A stretch of 64,000 nt of DNA from positions 14,903 to 78,902 of the IMG/VR virus record IMGVR_UViG_3300006115_000009, one strand, 5' to 3'. The notes below the pieces were generated by a model. That model had not been told where the DNA came from, searched no databases, and saw nothing but the letters and a program-made list of their open reading frames with translations. Positions 34,698 to 44,346 of the stretch are shown piece by piece; the first letter of the stretch is position 1; each line of letters starts with the position of its first letter. Source of the stretch: a virus. Taxonomy: Duplodnaviria > Caudoviricetes. The position numbers and the translations under genes are program-made.

Positions 34698-35066
34698 TCA
34701 TACTTTCTGTTTTGCTCGACGACTCTGCAAGCATTCTTTGCAGGCCGCTTGACCGCGTTTGCGGTGCATGTGATAACCACGCGTCGTTCCGTGAGGAATG
34801 TCGGGGTCTTGAATTGGCTTGAAGTATGCGTTCATCAAACGCTCGGGCGTAGGCTTGGGGAAGCCTGCTTTTTTGCGCAATACTTGTCGCTCGTCTGGCG
34901 TGGTGCCCGCCCAAATGTCGTATTCCTCATGCTCGATAGCGTGCTTCAAGCATTCTTCCCGCACCGGGCAGGCACCACACAGACTTGCTATTTCGGGGGT
35001 AACTTCCTTAACCAGAAAGTTAACGCCAGAATCACGACAAATGGCTTTCTTGGCCCAACCCCACAT
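34698..35066 (-). CDS. whiB: WhiB-family protein with HGT..AACKEC tail
   Basis: WAKKAICRD...CGACPVREECLKHA...IWAGTTPDER. Confidence 0.8.
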   Translation of the reverse strand: MWGWAKKAICRDSGVNFLVKEVTPEIASLCGACPVREECLKHAIEHEEYDIWAGTTPDERQVLRKKAGFPKPTPERLMNAYFKPIQDPDIPHGTTRGYHMHRKRGQAACKECLQSRRAKQKV

Positions 35067-35284
35067 TATTCAACATCCTCATTGAACCACCAACCGGGCA
35101 ATTCCCAGTCAGATGGAGTGCCCAAACGGACAACAACTTGGCAAGGGTCACCACCCTCTTCCCAAGCCCGCTCCTCCGTTTCGTGCATTGGCATTCCATC
35201 GTGGACGCAACACACCGGGGCGGAGCAAAAGCCGTTTTCGACTCCAAACTGCAACCACTCTTCGTAATTCATCTTTTCCCTCAT
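35066..35284 (-). CDS. conserved actinophage hypothetical protein
   Basis: GFCSAPVCCVHDGMP...GGDPCQVVVRL. Confidence 0.6.
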   Translation of the reverse strand: MREKMNYEEWLQFGVENGFCSAPVCCVHDGMPMHETEERAWEEGGDPCQVVVRLGTPSDWELPGWWFNEDVE

Positions 35285-35287
35285 TTC

Positions 35288-35695
35288 TTAGCAGTCACCC
35301 CTCCACTCGGGGTTAAAGCCATTGTTCCTATCATAGTAGTAAGCGGCTACTTTAAACTGCTCGCTCACCGTTGCTTGTTGCGCGTACATTGTACGTATGT
35401 GCAACTGACCTGCGGCGTACTGCCAGATGTACGGGACAAACTGGAATATGCCACCTGCGCCACTTGACGGATTGTAATCCGTCGTGTTCAACTTGGTCGG
35501 GGTTGAACGTGACTCCACCCACATTATGCACGTAAATCCCTGGCGACTTGTTGCTGGAAGCATTGTCATTGGGCTTACGTGGTGAACGCGGGGTACTGCT
35601 TTTGTTGTGTTGATAATGTGATGCTTTTCTACGCCGGTGGCGCTTGGAGCAAAAACTAACGAACTTACAACAGCCAAAGTGGTTAAGAACTTCAT
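35288..35695 (-). CDS. secreted transglycosylase-like (Rpf/lysozyme-fold) protein
   Basis: Signal peptide; CIMWVES, SGAGGIFQF, EQ..A, W..C pattern. Confidence 0.72.
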   Translation of the reverse strand: MKFLTTLAVVSSLVFAPSATGVEKHHIINTTKAVPRVHHVSPMTMLPATSRQGFTCIMWVESRSTPTKLNTTDYNPSSGAGGIFQFVPYIWQYAAGQLHIRTMYAQQATVSEQFKVAAYYYDRNNGFNPEWRGDC

Positions 35696-35705
35696 CAGTT
35701 CCCTT

Positions 35706-36206
35706 CTACTTAGCGACGCAATGAATACTTTTCACTGGTCCCATTACAGACGGAACATACTTGGCTGCAATTTCCACAGCCTTCGTAAGTTCTGCCTCGC
35801 CAATACGTCGACACGACTCGAGATACCCGAGCGCGTACGGCGCACCTGAACCAATGGCCATAAATGGCCGGTCGTACTCAATGATGGCGAAATCACTGTG
35901 CACTATGGTTATCGGTCTGTTCGGCCACACAAGCAGGACTTCACTGCTCTTAACGGCTTCTTCTTCGCCCTTCATGTTGCGAAGTGCTTCTACGACCATT
36001 TTACCACCGCAACGTCGCTTTTGCAAGGAGTTAAGGACATTAATTACGCGCCACGAACCGGCGGTGCCAATTGCTCCATTACCCGCGTGTTTAACGGCTT
36101 TTGGCGTAGATGACACCATAATCGACGAACCGTCTTCCGTCATTGCGGCGGAATCTGATACCATCCACGACTCTCGGCTGTTTGTGTAAGCGATAACTAC
36201 GGTCAT
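35706..36206 (-). CDS. HslV/proteasome-beta-like Ntn hydrolase
   Basis: Starts MTVVIA (N-terminal Thr), SDS, AIGSGAPYALGYL. Confidence 0.75.
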   Translation of the reverse strand: MTVVIAYTNSRESWMVSDSAAMTEDGSSIMVSSTPKAVKHAGNGAIGTAGSWRVINVLNSLQKRRCGGKMVVEALRNMKGEEEAVKSSEVLLVWPNRPITIVHSDFAIIEYDRPFMAIGSGAPYALGYLESCRRIGEAELTKAVEIAAKYVPSVMGPVKSIHCVAK

Positions 36207-37429
36207 TAGAGACCCCCATCCCATACTCCTTCAACGAGCCAAGTCTTGTCTCGCATGATACGGTCAGGCCACGAAACGCCCTGAAGTCGGTCGCCACGGT
36301 AACGGCGAACGTGCATCGTGGTTGGGTCACGGCCATCCTTGTACAACGAAATGCCTACTTCGGGCCACGCCATCCAACGCTGAGAGCCCATCGGAGACAA
36401 CTCGCGTCGCTCGCCGGCCTTACCCTTGGCCGCGTGGTGCTCCATAATCAAAGCAAAACCATACTTGGTGCGCAGTTCGTCAAGAACGGCCATCGCTTCG
36501 TCGGCCGAGTCTTCGTACGATTCGTTTGCTCCACGGCGGTACATCTTGTAGATAGGTCCGATACAGACCAACTGTGGCCGATGGAAAGCAATCTCACGCT
36601 GAATCTCACTACGAGCCGCAAGCGTACGAATGTCGATACCGGCGGGTCGTCGGAAGAACCGCAGTCGCTCAGGGTCAAAGTCGTGCGTGCCAAATGCCTC
36701 ACTGCGAGAGCGGAGCATGTCCATATACGGAACGGCGGTCTGCGTAATTGCCTGCGTAGGGTTCTCGAGGTCGATAACCAAAGCGCGCACCGGCTCAATA
36801 CGCTGGTGACTGAATGGGTGGTAGCCCTGCGACGCGGCCATTGCGATGGTACGCAAGAGCAACGACTTACCGCTACCTTCTTCGGCCACCACAATTGTGC
36901 GGTAATCCGTGTTCATCATGCCGGGGATAACCACCGGTGCAATGGCGTCGGCGTTCGCTTCCAGTTCGTACAGAGTCATTGACTCCGGACCGCCAGCGTT
37001 TATGTTGCCGATGCTGTTAATGAACTTCTCTACCGAGTTTGCCCTATCGAATGGGTCGCCACCGGAACGAATGTCATCGACGGCGCTCTCCAGTTCCTTG
37101 CTCATCGAACGAGCAACGCTGTGCTTGTAGACAATCTCCGCGTAGTTCACAACCGAGTTGGAGTTGGGAACGTCCATACTGGCGCTGATTAGATAACTAA
37201 CGTCATCCGAGTTGCCGGTAATGTCGGCGATGGTAATGGGGTCAACGACCTTGCCCTCGCCGGCCAACTTGACCATTGCGCGGAAGATTGATGCGTTGCG
37301 GGGGCTGTAGAAGTCAGTCTCTACAATCACCCCGCCCGCTTCGTACACGTTGTCCTTGTTCATAATGATTGAACCAAGCACACTTCTCTCGGCAACCAAA
37401 TCGTGCGGAATCTTTAACTCGCCCACCAA
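36206..37429 (-). CDS. DnaB-like N-terminal domain plus AAA_25/RecA-type helicase
   Basis: PHDLVAERSVLGSII...DFYSPRNASIF; AEEGSGKS; IDLEN; EHH. Confidence 0.8.
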   Translation of the reverse strand: MVGELKIPHDLVAERSVLGSIIMNKDNVYEAGGVIVETDFYSPRNASIFRAMVKLAGEGKVVDPITIADITGNSDDVSYLISASMDVPNSNSVVNYAEIVYKHSVARSMSKELESAVDDIRSGGDPFDRANSVEKFINSIGNINAGGPESMTLYELEANADAIAPVVIPGMMNTDYRTIVVAEEGSGKSLLLRTIAMAASQGYHPFSHQRIEPVRALVIDLENPTQAITQTAVPYMDMLRSRSEAFGTHDFDPERLRFFRRPAGIDIRTLAARSEIQREIAFHRPQLVCIGPIYKMYRRGANESYEDSADEAMAVLDELRTKYGFALIMEHHAAKGKAGERRELSPMGSQRWMAWPEVGISLYKDGRDPTTMHVRRYRGDRLQGVSWPDRIMRDKTWLVEGVWDGGL

Positions 37430-37439
37430 CTTTTCCTTT

Positions 37440-38333
37440 CTATTCGCTTACGTACTTGCGCTTACCGCTAGCCGTATCCAACTCGTATGGGGCCCCATTC
37501 GCATCTACCAACTGCCCCATTGAGTTGACAGGACGATTGTAGCCATGCTTGGCGGGGTTGTCAATAAGAACTTTTCCATTCTTGTCGGCCCACTTGCCGG
37601 AGCGGTCGTAATCGTCGTAAATATTCGCTGATACGCGGTCTTCGATGCTCATCTTTTCGACCACCGGCAGGTAATCACGCCAGCGTTCGTCTGGGCCAAA
37701 AAAGGTAGCGCCGTGAAGAGTAAACGCTTCTTCCTTGCCCTCACGTTGCTTGGCGTACTCGGCCACTGCGTTAATCAAATCGCAGACAGACACGCCACGC
37801 TTCACTGTTGCGCAGTACGCCTTGTAGGCACCGCCCTTGTTGATGCGACGCGGGTATACCTTCCACACCTCGTCGAAGTCTGCCGTGTAATCAACCTTCT
37901 TGTTTTTGCGCTTCGTCGCAGAAACTTCAGAGTTAGTTGTGGTTCCTTCTTTTGTGGTTCCTTCATGTGTCCGCACCGGTGCGGCTAGGGTGGCCGCAAC
38001 CATGCGGCTAGGTGGGGGCACCTGTGCGGCTACCTGGAGGCCAAGGTGCGGCCACACGTAGTAAAGCGAACTGCTGTACGAACCGTCTTCCCGCTGTCGA
38101 CGTTCAATGTTGATGGCACCAATGTCAACTAGTTCCTTAAGTGCTCGGTCAAGGCTGTCAACTGAGCAGTTAATCCGCCCAGCCATAGTCGTACGTGATG
38201 GCCACGCTGAATCGTTGGCACCCACATAGCGAGACAGGATGCTAAAAACACGCACAGCCCGGTCGCTAATCTCGGCGTCCAAAACCCACTCGGGGACAAC
38301 GGCGTACCGATACCCAATTACTTCGTCGTTCAT
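37440..38333 (-). CDS. phage replication initiator (N-terminal HTH)
   Basis: ISDRAVRVFSILS...WPSRTTMA...LDRALKEL; FDEVWKVYPRR; HGATFFGPDERWRDY. Confidence 0.7.
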   Translation of the reverse strand: MNDEVIGYRYAVVPEWVLDAEISDRAVRVFSILSRYVGANDSAWPSRTTMAGRINCSVDSLDRALKELVDIGAINIERRQREDGSYSSSLYYVWPHLGLQVAAQVPPPSRMVAATLAAPVRTHEGTTKEGTTTNSEVSATKRKNKKVDYTADFDEVWKVYPRRINKGGAYKAYCATVKRGVSVCDLINAVAEYAKQREGKEEAFTLHGATFFGPDERWRDYLPVVEKMSIEDRVSANIYDDYDRSGKWADKNGKVLIDNPAKHGYNRPVNSMGQLVDANGAPYELDTASGKRKYVSE

Positions 38334-40375
38334 TTCCTACCTCGTTCCGTTAGTTCCCTAACTAATCCATCCATAACACTGCCACCCTCTACTTCTTTGC
38401 CGTCAGTAACGGCGTCAACAACAACCTTCTTCTTTTCTAACAGGTCGTACATGGTCTCGTCAATAGTTCCTGAAACGAGTAGATACCATGCGGTTGCGCC
38501 GTGCATGTCGTTGGCTCGGGCGTAGCACCGGCTAACACACTGTTCGTGAAGAGCAGGTGTCCATCCTAGTTCACAAAATATTACATCGCTCGCGGCGGTC
38601 AATGTCAAGCCTTCGCTGGCCGAGGTCATGTTGGCTATGAATAAGCGCACGCTGGGGTCGTTCTGGAAACTTTCAACCGCCTTCTGCCGGTCATCCACCG
38701 ACACCCCGCCACGAATTTTTACGGCGATTTTCTTGTAACGGTCGTACAGTCGCTCGACAAAATCGATGTGCTCGGCAAAGATGATTACCTTTTCGCCGTC
38801 GCCGGCCTCCAAGAAGTTGTCAATCCACTCAATAGCGGCGTCGTACTTAATCTTGGATACCACGTCACGCAAACCGGTGATTTTCACAAGACTCTGCGCC
38901 GCCTCAAGACGAATACGCTTCTGCCAATACGCGTCGGTTCCGTCACTGCCTTCTTCTTCCGCCAACGCTTGTGCTCGCTGGGCAAAGTACTCAACAACGT
39001 CGACCTCAACACGTTGGTATTCCTTCATGTTGGTTTTGCTGACCTCAAGGTACTGAACGGCGTTGCGCAGTTCCGGCAGTTCGTCGAAAACGTCTTCTTT
39101 GCGCCGGCGCACAAAGCACAACTCGCGGAGTTTCAAGTTTAGTTCGGTGGTGTTACGAGCAATGTTGCGCTTCGGGGCGTAGCGGTTCTTGAATCGCCAC
39201 GGGCCACCAAACGCGTCAAGTCGGCCGACCGCTTCTAACTGCGGAATCAACTCGTCGGGGCGATTGGTAATCGGCGTACCGGTCAACAACAGCACAAAAT
39301 TTTCCGGGGGCAGAGCCTTCGCCAACTGCATCACCGCCGCAGTCCGTCGAACAGTCCAAATCTCTAGCGGACGTTCACACGCAGTATTGCACGCATAACA
39401 CATCTTGGAATTCGCACGCAACGACGCACCGCACGATGGACAACCATGTTTCTTCTGCCCATTCTTGATGGCGTGAGACTCGTCAACAACGAGCGAACGA
39501 TACCCGTGCTCAAAAATGTCAGTGTTTCGTTCCAAGCAAATGTCGTAATTTACAATGATTACGTCGGAAGGCTCGATTTTTTGAGATGTTTTGCCCGAAA
39601 GGACGGAGACCGTTAATTTTGGGAAAAATTTTTTAATCTCGCGCTGCCAATTTAATTTCAATGTATTTGGACATACAACAACCATAGGGAACTGGCCTTC
39701 TGAGGCGACTGTCGCAATAGCCTGTGCTGTTTTACCAAGACCGGGCTGGTCTCCGATAATGCCACGCCGCACGCGTTTCATGTAGGAAACCCCCGCCCGC
39801 TGATACGGCAACAGGGGGATGGCAATGCCTGGGATTTCCACGTCCGCGTCAATTGCTTGAGAGGCGTTGAGTAGTGCGATGGACTGTTCCATTACCTCTG
39901 AGGCACGGTCAACAAGTTCCTCGCTCATGCGCAGCCTGTTTTCCACCGCAAATTTCAAGGCGTCGGGGGAGTTTTTAATTGGACAGCGCCACACCTTGTT
40001 CTTACCATCCCAGCGGACTGACGGGATAAACATCCGCACCGCTTCAATCATGCTGGGGTTGTAGTCAAAACGGATGACAATTTCGTCTCCCTCAAGGGTT
40101 ACGTTGTAACGCTCCCCCGAATCGGAGAAATGCTTGCCGTCGTCTACCTTGTTTAACTCGGCCGGCAGGGATATGTTGTACTTAGATGCCAAAGCCTTAA
40201 CCATTGGCGTTGAAGATAACGGGAAGGCGTTTACTTTTTTGTCCGCAATCCAGCGCCGGCCTTCAATTGCACGGCAATCCTGCAAAAACGCTTGGCTGAA
40301 ACGAGCGTCAACGTAAATCTCCTCCCCGACAATCCAGGCGGTATTGCGTTTTGCGTAAAAGAATTTTGGGTTCAT
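38330..40375 (-). CDS. SNF2/SMARCAL1-like helicase
   Basis: LLPYQRAG, GDQPGLGKT, VVDESH, LLTGTP, SEGLTLTAA. Confidence 0.88.
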   Translation of the reverse strand: MNPKFFYAKRNTAWIVGEEIYVDARFSQAFLQDCRAIEGRRWIADKKVNAFPLSSTPMVKALASKYNISLPAELNKVDDGKHFSDSGERYNVTLEGDEIVIRFDYNPSMIEAVRMFIPSVRWDGKNKVWRCPIKNSPDALKFAVENRLRMSEELVDRASEVMEQSIALLNASQAIDADVEIPGIAIPLLPYQRAGVSYMKRVRRGIIGDQPGLGKTAQAIATVASEGQFPMVVVCPNTLKLNWQREIKKFFPKLTVSVLSGKTSQKIEPSDVIIVNYDICLERNTDIFEHGYRSLVVDESHAIKNGQKKHGCPSCGASLRANSKMCYACNTACERPLEIWTVRRTAAVMQLAKALPPENFVLLLTGTPITNRPDELIPQLEAVGRLDAFGGPWRFKNRYAPKRNIARNTTELNLKLRELCFVRRRKEDVFDELPELRNAVQYLEVSKTNMKEYQRVEVDVVEYFAQRAQALAEEEGSDGTDAYWQKRIRLEAAQSLVKITGLRDVVSKIKYDAAIEWIDNFLEAGDGEKVIIFAEHIDFVERLYDRYKKIAVKIRGGVSVDDRQKAVESFQNDPSVRLFIANMTSASEGLTLTAASDVIFCELGWTPALHEQCVSRCYARANDMHGATAWYLLVSGTIDETMYDLLEKKKVVVDAVTDGKEVEGGSVMDGLVRELTERGRK

Positions 40376-40464
40376 GGCGATAGCCTAATTATTTTTTTTA
40401 ACGGCGTCCACTTGCGCGTTGTACATTTGTTCTGCTATGCTGGCTAAACAAACAAAGGAGATGT

Positions 40465-41496
40465 ATGGCTCGAAAATCAACAGCGTCAACCAGTGGTTCG
40501 CTGGAGTCTGTATTGCAAGACATTAATAAGCAGTTTGGTGCTGGCTCAATTATGCGCCTGACCGGGGAAGACATTAAGCCCGTCGAAACAATTCCTACCG
40601 GCATTTTGCCACTGGACTTGGCGCTGGGCGTAGGTGGTTTGCCCAAGGGTCGCATTGTTGAGATGTACGGTCCGCCGTCGTCTGGCAAGTCCACGCTGTC
40701 GCTTCACTGTATTGCTGAGGCGCAAAAGGAAGGTTTGGTCTGTGCTTACATTGACGTAGAGCACGCTTTTGACCCCAACTACGCAACCGCCATTGGCGTT
40801 GACGTAACTTCGCTTATCTTCTCTCAGCCGGGGAATGCTGAGCAGGCGTTGGAGTTTGCCATTCGCTTGATTGAGAGCGGAGAAATTGGCGTTGTTGTTA
40901 TCGACTCCGTGGCCGCTTTGGTTCCGCGCGCTGAACTGGAAGGCGAAGTCGGCGATGCTTTCGTCGGTCTCCAGCCACGCATTATCGGTCAAGCGATGCG
41001 CAAGATTACTGGCGCGGCGTCCAAGACCAACACGCTTGTAATCTTCATCAACCAGTTGCGTGAGTCAATTGGCAAGATTTACGGCCCTTCGGAATACACC
41101 CCTGGCGGCAAGTCGCTCGGCTATGCGGCTTCTGTGCGTCTTGACATTCGACGCATTAAGACAATTAAACAGGGCGAGGAAGCAACCGCTAACCGCACTC
41201 GTGTCAAGGTTGTCAAGAACAAGGTTGCTCCGCCTTACCGTGAGGCAGAGTTCGACCTCGAGTACGGCGTAGGCGTGCCAAAGTCAAACGTTCTGCTTGA
41301 TTGCGCCATCGAACTTGGCGTTTTGCGTCAGTCGGGTGCTTGGATTTACTATGAAGGTGAGCAGTTTGCCAACGGTCGCAATAAGGCGAAGTTGAAGATT
41401 GAGTCCAGCGAAGAGTTGTACGAAGAGTTGTACGTTCGCGTGAAGGCTTTGTCCGGCAACCTGACGATGGAAGTGGTGGAAGATGACGAGCGCTAA
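40465..41496 (+). CDS. recA: recombinase RecA
   Basis: GGLPKGRIVEMYGPPSSGKST, VIDSVAAL, IFINQLRE, KVVKNKVAPP. Confidence 0.97.
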   Translation: MARKSTASTSGSLESVLQDINKQFGAGSIMRLTGEDIKPVETIPTGILPLDLALGVGGLPKGRIVEMYGPPSSGKSTLSLHCIAEAQKEGLVCAYIDVEHAFDPNYATAIGVDVTSLIFSQPGNAEQALEFAIRLIESGEIGVVVIDSVAALVPRAELEGEVGDAFVGLQPRIIGQAMRKITGAASKTNTLVIFINQLRESIGKIYGPSEYTPGGKSLGYAASVRLDIRRIKTIKQGEEATANRTRVKVVKNKVAPPYREAEFDLEYGVGVPKSNVLLDCAIELGVLRQSGAWIYYEGEQFANGRNKAKLKIESSEELYEELYVRVKALSGNLTMEVVEDDER

Positions 41497-41725
41497 AGAA
41501 AAACTCAACCGTCAAAAAGTTAATCGAAAGGCACTTGCGGACGCCGTTCGTGAGTGGTATCGTGGTCACAACTACGGACCGAGTTACCGTGATTTGTCGG
41601 TTGCGACTGGCATGTCACTAGGCACGGTTTATAGTGTGTGTCAGGAACTTCGTGAACTAGGCGTTCTCGACTTCCAAGACAATGTTGCAAGAACAATCAA
41701 ACTAAGAAAGAAGGAAAGCAAGTGA
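41483..41725 (+). CDS. LexA-type winged-helix DNA-binding domain only
   Basis: GHNYGPSYRDLSVATGMSLGTVYSVCQELRELGVL...NVARTI; no peptidase domain. Confidence 0.7.
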   Translation: MTSAKEKLNRQKVNRKALADAVREWYRGHNYGPSYRDLSVATGMSLGTVYSVCQELRELGVLDFQDNVARTIKLRKKESK

Positions 41726-42744
41726 ACAAGGTATCAGTAATCCCCGTTTGGGGTAAGACCATGAAGGAATGGGAAGAGATTCGCAGTGGCCTTCGTGGAC
41801 TTGGTGGGTCTGACGCAGGCACCGTTTGTGGTGTCAACAAGTACAAGTCACCATACGCTCTGTGGGGCGAGAAGACTGGCATTATTCCCAGCGACTTTGA
41901 GGGCAACGAGGCAACTAAGTGGGGTCACCGCTTGGAGCGCACCATTGCCGAAGCGTACGCTGAGGACTACAACGCGGCTGTTGTCGCTTGGCCGGTTATC
42001 CTCGTGTCCGAGGAAAACCCGTTTATGTTTGCCAACCTCGACTTTGTAATTGTCGAGCCCAGCGAGAACTTCCCCGCCGGTGTTGTTACCGACTGGGAAA
42101 GCGTTATCGAGCCTAACGGCGTACACGGCATTCTCGAAGTTAAGACCGCCGGCATCGCAAGCCCCGGAAACCCCGGCGCTTGGGCAAACAACGCAATTCC
42201 GCTCAGTTACATGCTCCAGGGATACCACTACGGCATCACTACCGGTTGGAAGAACATTACTTTTGCCGCATTGGTCGGCGGTTCTGGGCTTCAGGTTCGC
42301 CACATGGATTGGGATGAAGAAGTCGCCGAAAACCTTGTTGTAAACGAGTCGCAGTTCTGGGACCTTGTAGAGATGCAGATTGCCCCAGACACCGATGGTA
42401 GCGAGGCAACCGAAAGTGCGCTTTCTGCACGTTACCCACGCCACGAAGCAGGTGTTGGCGTTGAAGGTGGAACCGAGTTGGCCGAGTTGTGGCGTGAGTT
42501 CAACGAAGCCAAGGAGCAGGCCGACGAAGCCGACACCAAGCGCAAGGCTTTGCGCGCCAAGATTCTTGAGATTGTCGGTAGCGCCGAGTACGCCACTGTT
42601 GACGGAAAGCCAATTCTGTCGTACAAGGCAAACAGCGACAGCGAAGTCTTGGACGCCAAGGCTTTGAAGGAAGCCATGCCAGAGGTTTACTCGCAATTTG
42701 CCAAGACCCGTGCGGGCGCACGAGTATTGCGAGCAATCAAGTAA
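41722..42744 (+). CDS. YqaJ/lambda-exonuclease-like recombination nuclease
   Basis: GLGGSDAG, WGHRLE, FANLD, LEVKT, YMLQGYHY. Confidence 0.88.
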   Translation: MNKVSVIPVWGKTMKEWEEIRSGLRGLGGSDAGTVCGVNKYKSPYALWGEKTGIIPSDFEGNEATKWGHRLERTIAEAYAEDYNAAVVAWPVILVSEENPFMFANLDFVIVEPSENFPAGVVTDWESVIEPNGVHGILEVKTAGIASPGNPGAWANNAIPLSYMLQGYHYGITTGWKNITFAALVGGSGLQVRHMDWDEEVAENLVVNESQFWDLVEMQIAPDTDGSEATESALSARYPRHEAGVGVEGGTELAELWREFNEAKEQADEADTKRKALRAKILEIVGSAEYATVDGKPILSYKANSDSEVLDAKALKEAMPEVYSQFAKTRAGARVLRAIK

Positions 42745-44312
42745 TGGCTCCGCACGTCGTGTGGCATGTCCTCGTCAGAAATGGCGAGGACATGCTACCG
42801 CTGTACCTTCAGTGCCTACAGGAACAGGATTACCCAAAGGAAGACATAACCCTTTACGTCCGCACCAACGACAACACTGATGCCACGGAAAGCATTATTG
42901 AAAGTTGGCTTAGGTGGCATGGCGGTGAATATCGCGACGTTATTTACGACAACAGCCCTTCGCTGTTTCGCCCCGAGTTTTACGGCAACCACAATTGGGA
43001 CGGGGGCCGAGTAGACCTTATGCGTCACTTGCGAGACAAAGGTTTGATGACGGCTCGAGACTTAAACGCCGACTTCTTCTTTACTTGCGACGTTGACAAC
43101 TTTATTCTGCCGGAAACACTTTCGTCTTTAGTCGAATTAAATCTTCCAGTTGTGGCACCATTGTTGCGCTACGCAGTCAACCCATTGGAGTGCGCGGAAA
43201 TCCCGCCGTATCTTCTAAAGGGAACAGACTACACAAGCGCCAATTTTACTAACGTTGTCACTCACTACGGAGATACGCAAAACCTTCTTGAAGGCGGCGA
43301 AGAGCGATTCCCCGAAGGCTATATGGATTTGCTGTATAGGCGCAACCCCGGAGTTCACCCAGTCGACCTTGTGCATTGTTGCTATTTGGTTCATCGAGAT
43401 GTGTTTGGTCGCATCTCGTACCAGAACGGCGTAATGGGCGGATACGAGTACATCACGTTTGGCTTTAATCTGCGCTACAACGGAATCCAGCAGTACCTAG
43501 ACAATCGTAAGAATTATGGGTGCCTTACAATGGCGTCCACGGCTCGAACGGCGTCGCTGTTCATGTTCGAACTTGGCGATGGGACTCTTCCTATTGAGTG
43601 GAAACCTCGCACTCCCGATATGTCAAAGACACCGCTAGGTTGGCCTGACGTTAATTTTCATCGCTTTGTCAACTTAGTAAAAGAATTGCTTGGCGAGGAA
43701 AAAGTTGAGCGCGTCTTGGACATTGGTGCCTGTAATGGTAACGAAAGTTACTTTATGCGGGACGCCTTCCCCAACGCTGAGATTATTGCGTTTGAGCCCA
43801 ACCCTTACCAAAACGCCGTTTGTCGAGAAACGTTGGAGCAGTTAAGTAACGTCAAGGTGGAGCAACTCGCTTTGACCGATGCCAACGGCGAGATGAAGTT
43901 TTTTGCTTCAACAAATTTGGCGGGGTGTAGTTCGCTTTTAAAGCCGATGGACGACTTTGACGTGTTTCCCATCAACTACGTTGAGACAACTGTTGAGGCT
44001 AAGCGTTACGACGATTATAAATCCGACAACGGTTTGTTCAGCAAAAAAACTGTCATTTGGATGGACGTGCAGGGCAATGAGTTAAACACGCTCAAGGGTT
44101 TTGGCGACGCCATCGATGACGTAGAAATCATCTACACCGAGGTTGGGCTTAAGCCGTATTACGAAGGCCACACCCTTGCCCAAGACATTCAGAATTACCT
44201 CGAGACCAGGGGTTTTGTTTTGCACACGGCTATCGGTTATTGGGAGTATGAAGCCAACGCAATTTTTGTCAAAAAGTATTTGACACCGCCTAGCGACGAT
44301 GCTAGTATTTAA
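42744..44312 (+). CDS. glycosyltransferase (GT-A) fused to FkbM-family methyltransferase
   Basis: DVDNFIL DxD, VAPLL, VHCCYL; DIGACNG, FEPNP, WMDVQGNE, IYTEV. Confidence 0.8.
   Translation: MAPHVVWHVLVRNGEDMLPLYLQCLQEQDYPKEDITLYVRTNDNTDATESIIESWLRWHGGEYRDVIYDNSPSLFRPEFYGNHNWDGGRVDLMRHLRDKGLMTARDLNADFFFTCDVDNFILPETLSSLVELNLPVVAPLLRYAVNPLECAEIPPYLLKGTDYTSANFTNVVTHYGDTQNLLEGGEERFPEGYMDLLYRRNPGVHPVDLVHCCYLVHRDVFGRISYQNGVMGGYEYITFGFNLRYNGIQQYLDNRKNYGCLTMASTARTASLFMFELGDGTLPIEWKPRTPDMSKTPLGWPDVNFHRFVNLVKELLGEEKVERVLDIGACNGNESYFMRDAFPNAEIIAFEPNPYQNAVCRETLEQLSNVKVEQLALTDANGEMKFFASTNLAGCSSLLKPMDDFDVFPINYVETTVEAKRYDDYKSDNGLFSKKTVIWMDVQGNELNTLKGFGDAIDDVEIIYTEVGLKPYYEGHTLAQDIQNYLETRGFVLHTAIGYWEYEANAIFVKKYLTPPSDDASI
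44280..44308 (+). promoter_or_regulatory. sigma-A/70-type promoter for erf-ssb
   Basis: TTGACA-17 bp-TAGTAT. Confidence 0.65.
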
Positions 44313-44346
44313 TAGTCGTAAAGAAGCGACACGAAAGAAGGAATAT

